Assembly (NCBI GenBank): GCA_038214755.1
Contig: JBBQRQ010000045.1
Location: forward strand, 1 to 40,525
Source: Verrucomicrobiota bacterium
GTDB lineage: Bacteria > Verrucomicrobiota > Verrucomicrobiia > Limisphaerales > CANJXF01
DNA: 40,525 nucleotides
Direction of reading: 5' to 3'
A program made the position numbers and the translations under genes. Below are positions 20,014 to 27,450 of this stretch, piece after piece. The notes beneath the pieces are model-generated. The model saw only the letters and a program-made list of their open reading frames with translations, searched no databases and was not told the DNA's origin. How positions within the stretch are numbered: position 1 is the first letter of the stretch; every line of letters starts with the position of its first letter.

Positions 20014-20694
20014 ATGGGAATGGACGGTGTAGAAATTGTTATGGCGGTCGAAGACGCTTTCGATATTCGCATCGAAGATTTGGAAGCGGAAAAACTTCTC
20101 ACGCCGCTTCAATTGATTGAATTGGTGCAGGCAAAAGTGGCGAATGTGGAAACTGAAATTTGTCTGAGTCACCGCGCATTCAATCTTTTGCGCCGTTATT
20201 TCACCATCAATCGCGCTCTGCCACGCAAGCAGTTCAAACCTTCGGCGCAACTTTCTGCTCTGATTCCTCAAAAGCAGCGAAAGGTAGTTTTACTCGACAT
20301 GGCGCTGGAGGTTGGAACAGAACCGTTGCCACAGCTGGTGCGAACCGCTTGGCTTATCAAAATTTTGTTCCTTTTTTCCGTGGCTTGCGGTGTTTATGCC
20401 GCAACTCGCGTCTCTTCCATGAGTAATGGCGTCGCCGCTTCCGCTGCCACCGGTTTTCTGGTTACTGTCCTGACGCTGCCATTTAGAAATGAATTCCCGA
20501 AAGGACTCGTGACAATTGGCGACTTGGCGTTGTGGGTAAAAAGACACAAGCCTGATCTCTCCAATAAATCGCAAAAGGCGTGGACACGCGAACAAATCGC
20601 TGCGCGAGTTCGCGAAATCATCATTGATACTCTTGCCTGCGAAAAGACCTACCGAGAAGAGGCACGGTTCGTTCAAGATCTCGGCCTCTCCTAA
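20014..20694 (+). CDS. Membrane protein with a circularly permuted acyl-carrier-protein-like domain
   Basis: N-terminus MGMDGVEIVMAVEDAFDIRIEDLEAEKLLT matches ACP helices II-IV; C-terminus IAARVREIIIDTL...EARFVQDLGLS matches ACP helix I and loop; two hydrophobic segments lie between. Confidence 0.8.
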   Translation: MGMDGVEIVMAVEDAFDIRIEDLEAEKLLTPLQLIELVQAKVANVETEICLSHRAFNLLRRYFTINRALPRKQFKPSAQLSALIPQKQRKVVLLDMALEVGTEPLPQLVRTAWLIKILFLFSVACGVYAATRVSSMSNGVAASAATGFLVTVLTLPFRNEFPKGLVTIGDLALWVKRHKPDLSNKSQKAWTREQIAARVREIIIDTLACEKTYREEARFVQDLGLS

Positions 20695-20729
20695 CTCCGC
20701 GGCTTCTGGCACGTTTACGGGGGAACTTT

Positions 20730-20966
20730 CTATGGGTTGGTCTTCGCTACCGATTGCGCTTTCTGCGCTTCATCCTCGGCGCGGCGACGTTCTTCCTCGA
20801 CACGGCGGCTCTCGTTTTCCACGCGGCGACGCTCATACTCCACTTTCCGGCGTTGGTCTTCGACCTTGCGCTGCTCCTGAGCGGTCGCCAGCGAATGTTT
20901 AGAACTACCAGCAAATGCCGAAACCAATAATGTGAATGCGATGAATATTGATTCCCGATTTTTCAG
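20730..20966 (-). CDS. Small exported coiled-coil protein with 7-aa repeats (possibly decayed)
   Basis: Frame open from CTG 20966: KNRESIFIAFTLLVSAFAGS signal-like, then R(R/K)(V/A)E heptads encoded by 21-nt repeats. Confidence 0.45.
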   Translation of the reverse strand: MKNRESIFIAFTLLVSAFAGSSKHSLATAQEQRKVEDQRRKVEYERRRVENESRRVEEERRRAEDEAQKAQSVAKTNP

Positions 20967-21079
20967 AATGTGATGCGGCTGGATTCCAAGTTGCGCCGGC
21001 GAACATAGAACTCTGTTTCCTTTTCAACCCCTCTTTTCCTCTCGCGGAGACGCAGTTACAAAATGGCTCGGCTGATTCC

Positions 21080-21108
21080 TTGACGGTCTCCGATGGCGAA
21101 AGTAATTT
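21080..21108 (+). promoter_or_regulatory. Putative sigma70 promoter of the Uma2 gene
   Basis: TTGACG-N17-TAATTT-N6-ATT(21115). Confidence 0.55.
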
Positions 21109-21114
21109 TTTTCC

Positions 21115-21679
21115 ATTTCAGCCGCTTCTCCATCTCTGCTCACGGCGGATGATTATCGGATGCTGCCCGCGGACAACTCGCACTATCAACTCATCGAAGG
21201 CGAACTTTGTTTTTCGTCAACACCCACGCGCTACCACCAGATTGTTTCCCGTAACCTTCAATTCATGTTGATGAAATATTTGGAGAAGAACCCGCGTGGC
21301 GAACTCTACGACGCGCCGTTCGATGTTTATTTATCCGAACACGATGTGGTACAGCCTGACCTCGTTTTTGTCGCGAAAAGAAAATTTCTCAGTGCTCACT
21401 GACGCGGGCGTGGAAGGCACGCCGGATTTCGTCGCGGAAGTTCTTTCGCCGAGCAACGCTTATCTGGACAAAAGAAATAAATTGCGGGTTTATGCGCGCA
21501 CGGGCGTGAAGGAATTGTGGATTGTCGATCCTGACGCTCGGTTGATTTACTTTTATCTGCTGCAAAAAGATGCCGAGCAACCCGTCGCAACTTACGGCGA
21601 AAAAGATTCTTTTATCTCTGAACATTTTCCCGGCCTCAAAATTCGCGGCTCTGAAATTTTTCAAACGTTCTCCTGGTGA
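21115..21679 (+). pseudogene. Uma2 family PD-(D/E)xK endonuclease, frameshifted
   Basis: LTADDY..LP...YQLIEGEL...VVQPDLVFV in one frame and GTPDFVAEVLSPS...Y...GVKELWIVDP in another; one extra A in GCGAAAAGAAAAT near 21376. Confidence 0.88.
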
Positions 21680-21799
21680 TCAAAGCCGTCCCTCTCGGCG
21701 GAATCCGGGTAGAAGCTGAATCGGACAAGTCACCGTTTGCTCTCACCAAACGCGACTGCCAATAAATTTCAATCAGGACGCCACACTTTTCGCGTCCGC

Positions 21800-21828
21800 T
21801 TGCCTTTGCCAATCTGCTGCGGAATACT
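21800..21828 (+). promoter_or_regulatory. Putative sigma70 promoter, leaderless transcript
   Basis: TTGCCT-N17-AATACT-N6-GTG(21835). Confidence 0.5.
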
Positions 21829-21834
21829 CGCGCC

Positions 21835-22749
21835 GTGAACGTGACGCAATTGACCGATCAACTGATTGCATCCTACGCCCGCGTCGGCGGTATCAACCAT
21901 CTCGATGGAAAAAATCTTCCATCGAAAAGCGCCATCGCTTCCATCACGCTTGATTTGTTGCGCTTGATTTTCCCAGGGTTCTTCGACGAAAAACCGATTC
22001 ATTCCTCTGAACTTAAAGTCGAAACCGCGACGTTGATGGACTCAGTTCTCGGACGCCTGGAAGATGAAATTTATAAAAGTCTCGAATACGCGACGACAGA
22101 AAATTCCCGCAAAAAAGATTTACGCGCTCTTGCCAGAACATTGACTCTGGAATTTCTCGGCAATCTCCCGCGCATCCGCGAGTTGCTCCAAACCGATACC
22201 GAAGCCGCGTTCCATGGCGACCCCGCTGCATTGAGCAAAGAGGAAGTCATCGTCGCGTATCCGTTTGTCGAAAGCATCGCCGTGCAACGGATGGCGCACG
22301 CCCTTTACGGAGAAAACATTCCGCTCATCCCTCGCATCATGTCCGAGTGGGCGCACAGCCGCACGGGAATGGATCTTCATCCGGGAGCAAAAATCGGTTC
22401 GCATTTTTTTATCGATCACGGCACGGGCACAGTCATCGGCGAAACTTGCGTCATCGGTCATCACGTCAAACTTTATCAAGGCGTGGGACTCGTCGCGCGC
22501 TCGTTGTCCGGCGGTCAACAATTGCGCGGGCAAAAACGTCATCCGACGATTGAAGATCACGTCACGATTTATGCCAACGCCACCATCGTTGGTGGCGAAA
22601 CGGTCATCGGCGCGGGTAGCACGATTGGCGCGAATGTTTTTTTGATGAACAGCGTTCCCGAAAATTCAGTCGTCGTCGTCGAAGCCTGCGATGTGAAAGT
22701 GATGAGCAAGAAGGGCCGCGAAAAAGACAAAACGGATTTTCAGATTTGA
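21835..22749 (+). CDS. cysE: Serine O-acetyltransferase (EpsC/CysE type)
   Basis: GDPAA, TGMDLHPGAKIG, FIDHGTGTVIGET, KLYQGV, KRHPTIED; hexapeptide repeats. Confidence 0.93.
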   Translation: MNVTQLTDQLIASYARVGGINHLDGKNLPSKSAIASITLDLLRLIFPGFFDEKPIHSSELKVETATLMDSVLGRLEDEIYKSLEYATTENSRKKDLRALARTLTLEFLGNLPRIRELLQTDTEAAFHGDPAALSKEEVIVAYPFVESIAVQRMAHALYGENIPLIPRIMSEWAHSRTGMDLHPGAKIGSHFFIDHGTGTVIGETCVIGHHVKLYQGVGLVARSLSGGQQLRGQKRHPTIEDHVTIYANATIVGGETVIGAGSTIGANVFLMNSVPENSVVVVEACDVKVMSKKGREKDKTDFQI

Positions 22750-22811
22750 GGCAGTATCCAGCCGCGCCATTTCGTGCTAAACAATTTTTTTAACGAGAGA
22801 CGATGAAAACC

Positions 22812-22971
22812 GCGCGCATCTTGACACCGCTACGCGGGTCAAATAGTGGGGCAGGCTTCCAGCCTGTCACGGCGGGCATCTTGCCCGCGAATCGTGGTCC
22901 TGGGGCTGGAAGCCCCGGTGGCAGACAGGATGTCTGCCCCACTCCCTGGGCAGCCGTGTCGAGATGCGACA
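22812..22971. mobile_element. Decayed MITE, same family as 25786..25944
   Basis: Ends GCGCGCATCTTGACAC ... GTGTCGAGATGCGACA; shared internal AGTGGGGCAGGCTTCCAGCCTGTC, GCGGGCATCTTGCCCGCGAAT and GGGGCTGGAAGCCCC; no target duplication visible. Confidence 0.8.
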
Positions 22972-22984
22972 TACAAATTTCCGC

Positions 22985-23578
22985 ATGAGCGAATACCGAT
23001 TTAAAACTCCGTTGAGTGAAGAAGATGTTCGCCCATTGCGCGTGGGTGATTCCGTCTTGCTCGACGGAATTATTTTCGGGGTGCGCGATGGAAATCTCAT
23101 TCGCGTGTTCGACAAAAAAATTGCGCCGCCGTGTGATTGGCGCGGCGCGGCGTTGCTGCACACGGCTCCCAACGTGAAAAAAATTGGACCGGGTAAATAC
23201 GAACCTATTTCCGTCGGCACGACCACGAGCATGAGAATGGATCGTTTCACGGAAGGTTTGCTGCGCGATTACGGCGTGCGCGCGATTCTCGGCAAAGGCG
23301 GACTCTCCCAAAACTCGGCGGCGTTGATGCAAAAATATCGCGCGGTTTATCTATCGGTTACGGGCGGCGCGGCGGCGATGGAGACGTTGCAAATCGAGGA
23401 GATCGAAAAAGTTTATTGGGAAGATTTGATGCCGGAATGCATCTGGCAATTTCGTTTCAAAGGCCTCGGCCCGTTGACCGTGGGCATTGATACGCACGGC
23501 GGCAATTTGCAAAACGACGTGCAAATGCAGGCGCAAGAAAAGACGGCGGAATTGTTGCGGAAAATGGGGATTGCGTGA
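22985..23578 (+). CDS. Fe-S hydro-lyase beta subunit (class I fumarate hydratase / tartrate dehydratase C-terminal domain)
   Basis: LRVGD.V.L.G.I...RD, GTTTSMRM, ILGKGG, GGAA, EDLMPECIW, GPLTVGIDTHG. Confidence 0.9.
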   Translation: MSEYRFKTPLSEEDVRPLRVGDSVLLDGIIFGVRDGNLIRVFDKKIAPPCDWRGAALLHTAPNVKKIGPGKYEPISVGTTTSMRMDRFTEGLLRDYGVRAILGKGGLSQNSAALMQKYRAVYLSVTGGAAAMETLQIEEIEKVYWEDLMPECIWQFRFKGLGPLTVGIDTHGGNLQNDVQMQAQEKTAELLRKMGIA

Positions 23579-23586
23579 GGACTGCT

Positions 23587-23678
23587 GAATCGTGAAACGT
23601 TAAATTGTTGAATCGTTGAATCGTTAAATTGCAAAACGCGCCGCAGTTGGTTCACGATTCGACGTTTTAACGAATTGA
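23587..23678. repeat. Degenerate 8-nt tandem repeats in inverted arrangement
   Basis: AATCGTTG/AATCGTTA units on the left and CACGATTC/AACGAATT units on the right. Confidence 0.6.
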
Positions 23679-23685
23679 CAACACC

Positions 23686-24087
23686 ATGAACGACACTTTG
23701 CCAACCGAACAACCAACGCGCATAAGAAAACGTTTTCAAAATTATCGCGGGACCTGGGCGTGGATCACGCAGCGGGTCAGCGCGATCTGTTTGTTCCTCT
23801 TGATCCCACTGAAAATTTACAGCGGCTGGGCCGCGAAAGGAAAAGTTCCGTATCCAGAATTTCTGGTGGATGCCATCGGTTCCAGCAAAAAAGTTCATTT
23901 CAATTCTGGAATCGACATCGCGTTGCTGCTCTGTTTTTTGCTGCACGGTTTTTATGGTTTGCGCGTCATCCTGATCGATTTCGACATCATTAAAGAGGAC
24001 AGCTTTTTCTGGCGGACGATGATTTTAGCTCTCGGAATTTTCGGCACTGTTGTCTGGTATGTCTATATCCACGGCGCGGAGGAATAG
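23686..24087 (+). CDS. Succinate dehydrogenase / fumarate reductase membrane-anchor-like subunit (SdhC/SdhD-like)
   Basis: GTWAWITQRVSA, LLHGFYGLRVILID, three hydrophobic helices. Confidence 0.75.
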   Translation: MNDTLPTEQPTRIRKRFQNYRGTWAWITQRVSAICLFLLIPLKIYSGWAAKGKVPYPEFLVDAIGSSKKVHFNSGIDIALLLCFLLHGFYGLRVILIDFDIIKEDSFFWRTMILALGIFGTVVWYVYIHGAEE

Positions 24088-24130
24088 AAGCGAGTTTTTT
24101 AACAGCGAGAAACGAGAGACATGGTTCAGA

Positions 24131-24306
24131 CCGAAATCCGAAATCCTAATCCCCGAAATCCGAAAGAAATCCGAAGCCCGAAGGCCGAAAGTGTTGCCGA
24201 ACTGGGCGAGTCGCAAAGCACTTTTTGAGGCGCTTACTGGAATTGTCTTCGATATTCGGATTTCGGGCTTCTTTCGGATTTCGGGGATTCGGATTTCGGA
24301 TTTCAG
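24131..24306. repeat. Long inverted repeat built from CCGAAAT heptamers between convergent genes
   Basis: 24133..24168 versus 24269..24304: 36-bp arms with one mismatch, plus further degenerate heptamers inside. Confidence 0.85.
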
Positions 24307-24325
24307 GATTAAGAATTCTCTCTGC

Positions 24326-25708
24326 TCAACTCCTGTCTGTCCGGTTCATCGCTGTTAATTTTTCCGGCGGCTCGGCTGGAAGCGGATTGAGTTGAGACGG
24401 AGAAACTTTTTGATCCAACACTGCGCGCGCTTTCGCGTCGTCAAATTCATTTTCCCATTTTGCGATAACGACTGTGGCCACACCGTTGCCGACGAGGTTC
24501 GTCATGGCGCGCGCTTGCGCCATGAACCAATCCACGCCGAGAATTAAAACCATTCCTTCAACCGGAATTATTTTCATCGAAGACAGAGTCGCGGCCAGAG
24601 CGATGAACGAACTACCCACGACCGTTGCCGCGCCTTTTGAGGTGAGCAGACAAACAATGAGCACGGAAAATTCCTGCGCAAAAGTCAGGTGCGTGTTGGT
24701 CGCCTGCGCGATAAACAGCGCGCCCATCGTCAAATAAACGGAACTGCCATCGAGATTGAACGAGTAACCTGCGGGCAAAACCAATCCGACCAGCGGTTTG
24801 GAGCAGCCGAGATTTTCCAGTTTCAACAACATGCGCGGGAAAACTGATTCCGATGACGCGGTGCCGAAAACAATTAAAAGTTCATCGCGCAAATATTTTA
24901 AGAATTTGAAAATGTTGATTCCATTGGCGCGCAACAAACCACCGAGACAAAATATAACGAAGCTCAGGCAAGTCAGATAAAGGCAGGCCATCATTTTTCC
25001 CAGGTGCCGCAGCGATTCCAAACCGAATTGGGAAATGGTGTAACTCATCGCCCCGAAAACGGCCAGAGGCGCGAGTTTGATGATCATGGAAATCATTTTC
25101 ATCAACGCTTTGGAAAGTTGGTCGAGCGCCAAAATGATGGGGCGATTGGCTTCGCCGAGAGAAGAAATCGCAACGCCAAAGAGCACGGAAAAAAAGAGGA
25201 CTTGCAGAATTTCTCCTTTGGCAAACGCGCCCACGATTGTTTCCGGGATGATGTTTAAAAAAAATTCCGCCGCGCTGTGATGCGCTTGCGCCACATTGAG
25301 CGTCCCTTGAATATCTTTGACGTTGAGCGTCGCGAGATCGGCGTTCATGCCCGCGCCGGGCTGAAAAACTTTTGCCACCACCCAACCGATGACCAGCGCG
25401 AGCGTGGTCATGACTTCAAAATAAATAAACGACTTCAGTCCGATGCGCCCGATCCGTTTGAGATTTCCCATCCCGGCGATGCCGACGACGACGGTGGTAA
25501 AAATGATCGGCGCAACCATCATTCGAATCAGGCGAATAAAAATGTCGCTGAAAGGTTTGAAATCCGTGCCGTCCAGAGCAAAGGCGTGTCCGAATAAATA
25601 GAAATGGAGCGGCGCGCTTTTCGGAAAAAGTTTTCCAACCAGAATGCCCAAAATCATTCCGATCAGGACCCAAAAATAAAGTTGATGAAAGAAGCGCTTG
25701 CGGTGCAT
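24326..25708 (-). CDS. dctA: C4-dicarboxylate:cation symporter (DAACS family)
   Basis: LYFWVLIG, FIRLIRMMVAPIIF, GTASSES, GLVLPAGYSFNLDGS, LTSKGAA, GVDWFM, NLVGNGVAT. Confidence 0.92.
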   Translation of the reverse strand: MHRKRFFHQLYFWVLIGMILGILVGKLFPKSAPLHFYLFGHAFALDGTDFKPFSDIFIRLIRMMVAPIIFTTVVVGIAGMGNLKRIGRIGLKSFIYFEVMTTLALVIGWVVAKVFQPGAGMNADLATLNVKDIQGTLNVAQAHHSAAEFFLNIIPETIVGAFAKGEILQVLFFSVLFGVAISSLGEANRPIILALDQLSKALMKMISMIIKLAPLAVFGAMSYTISQFGLESLRHLGKMMACLYLTCLSFVIFCLGGLLRANGINIFKFLKYLRDELLIVFGTASSESVFPRMLLKLENLGCSKPLVGLVLPAGYSFNLDGSSVYLTMGALFIAQATNTHLTFAQEFSVLIVCLLTSKGAATVVGSSFIALAATLSSMKIIPVEGMVLILGVDWFMAQARAMTNLVGNGVATVVIAKWENEFDDAKARAVLDQKVSPSQLNPLPAEPPEKLTAMNRTDRS

Positions 25709-25785
25709 GGGCAAAATTTGGCTTGCGGGTTTTATAGCGAAAGACCCCGGCTAAACAAGGAAATGATTCGAAGGTGAATATCTCC

Positions 25786-25944
25786 GGGCGCATCTTGACA
25801 CCACCACCAATCCAATCAGATGGAGTGGGGCAGGCTTCCAGCCTGTCTGAGCGGGCATCTTGCCCGCGAATCCTGGGGCTGGAAGCCCCGATGGCAGACA
25901 AGATGTCTACCCCACTACTTTGGTGGTGGTGTCGAGATGCGCCC
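25786..25944. mobile_element. MITE (159 bp) with REP-like cargo
   Basis: 25-bp TIR GGGCGCATCT(T/C)GACACCACCACCAA with one mismatch; perfect 9-bp target duplication AATATCTCC at 25777..25785 and 25945..25953. Confidence 0.92.
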
Positions 25945-26007
25945 AATATCTCCTGCCGCAAGAATAAATACCTTGAGCCGAAGTATTAAGTGAAGAGAAA
26001 CGCTCGA

Positions 26008-26186
26008 CCTCCCCCCTGCCCTCTCCTCCGAGGAGAGGGAGAATCGTTCCGGCGTCTTGGTAATGGGAGTCGCCGGTTTATTATTCGCTTTTTTTTGCGA
26101 ATGACTCAGAGGAGGGCACGACACAATAAACTCTCGCACGTTCGAGAGACGCCGATACTTAGTCCCTCTCCTCGGGGGAAAGGGTT
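26008..26186. repeat. CCCTCTCC...GGAGAGGG-type REP doublet downstream of tgt
   Basis: Hairpin CCCTCTCCT-CCG-AGGAGAGGG (26019..26039) and a degenerate inverted partner at 26163..26184. Confidence 0.7.
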
Positions 26187-26222
26187 AGTAATCTTCTCCA
26201 CTGAATAGTTTCGTAAGAGTAA

Positions 26223-27380
26223 TTATCCCCGGTCTTCTACCTTCAGCGAATGCTTGACGCGAGCGGACAAGATTTTCTGCGATGGAATATAGTTCGCAAT
26301 AAACTCGCGGTGAAATTCTCCAAAGGTTCCGGCGGCAATATGTCTGCGAATCTCTTTCATCACTTCCAGATACATGTGCGAGTTGTGAACGCTGACCATG
26401 CGCAGACCGAGAATTTCATTCACATTTAGGAGATGACGCAAATACGCGCGTGAAAAGTTTTTGCAGGCAAAACATTCGCAACCTTCTTCGATCGGGCGGA
26501 AATCGGATTTCACCGCGCCGCCTTTGACACTGTAAGTTCCTTTGCGAGTGAAGGCGGTTCCGTTGCGGGCGATGCGCGTGGGCAAAACGCAGTCAAACAT
26601 ATCGACACCCCGCGCGACGAGTTCGACCAGTTGCGCGGGTGTGCCGAGGCCCATCGCGTAACGCGCTTTATTCGCGGGCAAAAACGGCTCGGTCATTTCG
26701 ATGGCTTCCATCATCTCGTGTTCCGGCTCGCCGACGCTGACTCCGCCAATGGCGTATCCGTCGAAATCGAGCGAGGTGATTTGTTTGGCGCACGCTTCTC
26801 GGAGACCAGGATTGTTTGCGCCTTGGACGATTCCGAAAACCATCTGGCCATCGGCGCGCGGTTGTTCCCGACATTTCTTCGCCCAACAAACGGTTCGCTC
26901 GACGGCGGCGTGAAGTTCTTTTGAGGTGCAACCGTGCGCGGGACATTCGTCAAAACACATGGCAATATCCGAGCCGAGAATGCGCTGAATCTCCATCGCT
27001 TCTTTTGGGCCGAGAAAAAGCGGCGAGCCATCAAGATGCGAACGGAATTCCACTCCGTGCGGAGTGAGTTTCCGAATTTTCGCGAGACTAAAAACTTGAA
27101 AGCCGCCGCTGTCAGTGAGAATCGGTTTTTCCCAATTGATAAATTTATGCAAGCCGCCGGCAGCTTTGATGATCTCCAAGCCCGGACGAATATTCAGGTG
27201 ATACGTGTTGCCGAGAATAATTTGCGTCCCCATTTCCAGAAGCTCACGCGGGTCGAGGGCTTTGACGCTGCCTTGCGTGCCGACGGGCATGAACACGGGC
27301 GTGTCGATGGTGCCGCGAGGCGTGGTGAGTTTTCCCAAACGCGCTTTGGAAGTGGAATCCGTTTTCAATAACTCAAACAT
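26223..27380 (-). CDS. tgt: tRNA-guanine(34) transglycosylase
   Basis: TPVFMPVGT, LGNTYHL, TDSGGFQVFSL, FGIVQG, GVDMFDCVLPTR, CECFAC...HN zinc site. Confidence 0.98.
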   Translation of the reverse strand: MFELLKTDSTSKARLGKLTTPRGTIDTPVFMPVGTQGSVKALDPRELLEMGTQIILGNTYHLNIRPGLEIIKAAGGLHKFINWEKPILTDSGGFQVFSLAKIRKLTPHGVEFRSHLDGSPLFLGPKEAMEIQRILGSDIAMCFDECPAHGCTSKELHAAVERTVCWAKKCREQPRADGQMVFGIVQGANNPGLREACAKQITSLDFDGYAIGGVSVGEPEHEMMEAIEMTEPFLPANKARYAMGLGTPAQLVELVARGVDMFDCVLPTRIARNGTAFTRKGTYSVKGGAVKSDFRPIEEGCECFACKNFSRAYLRHLLNVNEILGLRMVSVHNSHMYLEVMKEIRRHIAAGTFGEFHREFIANYIPSQKILSARVKHSLKVEDRG

Positions 27381-27450
27381 GAGGACTCCAATAAGTCATG
27401 AATCACCCGGCGAGGACAAGAACATCTGTTGGGAAGACGACAACCTTACT

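Noticed and set aside
22803..22988. Small ORFs spanning MITE/REP elements (also 18734..18982, 25774..25989, 12446..12673)
   Set aside because: They are translations of palindromic repeats; no transposase motifs
24131..24306. CRISPR-like appearance of the repeat tracts
   Set aside because: Units are 7-8 nt tandem or inverted with no unique spacers; no cas genes are present
26223..27380. tgt as a Dpd-type DNA-modification gene linked to the defence cassette
   Set aside because: It is a canonical bacterial tRNA Tgt, 17 kb from the cassette, with no dpd or que neighbours
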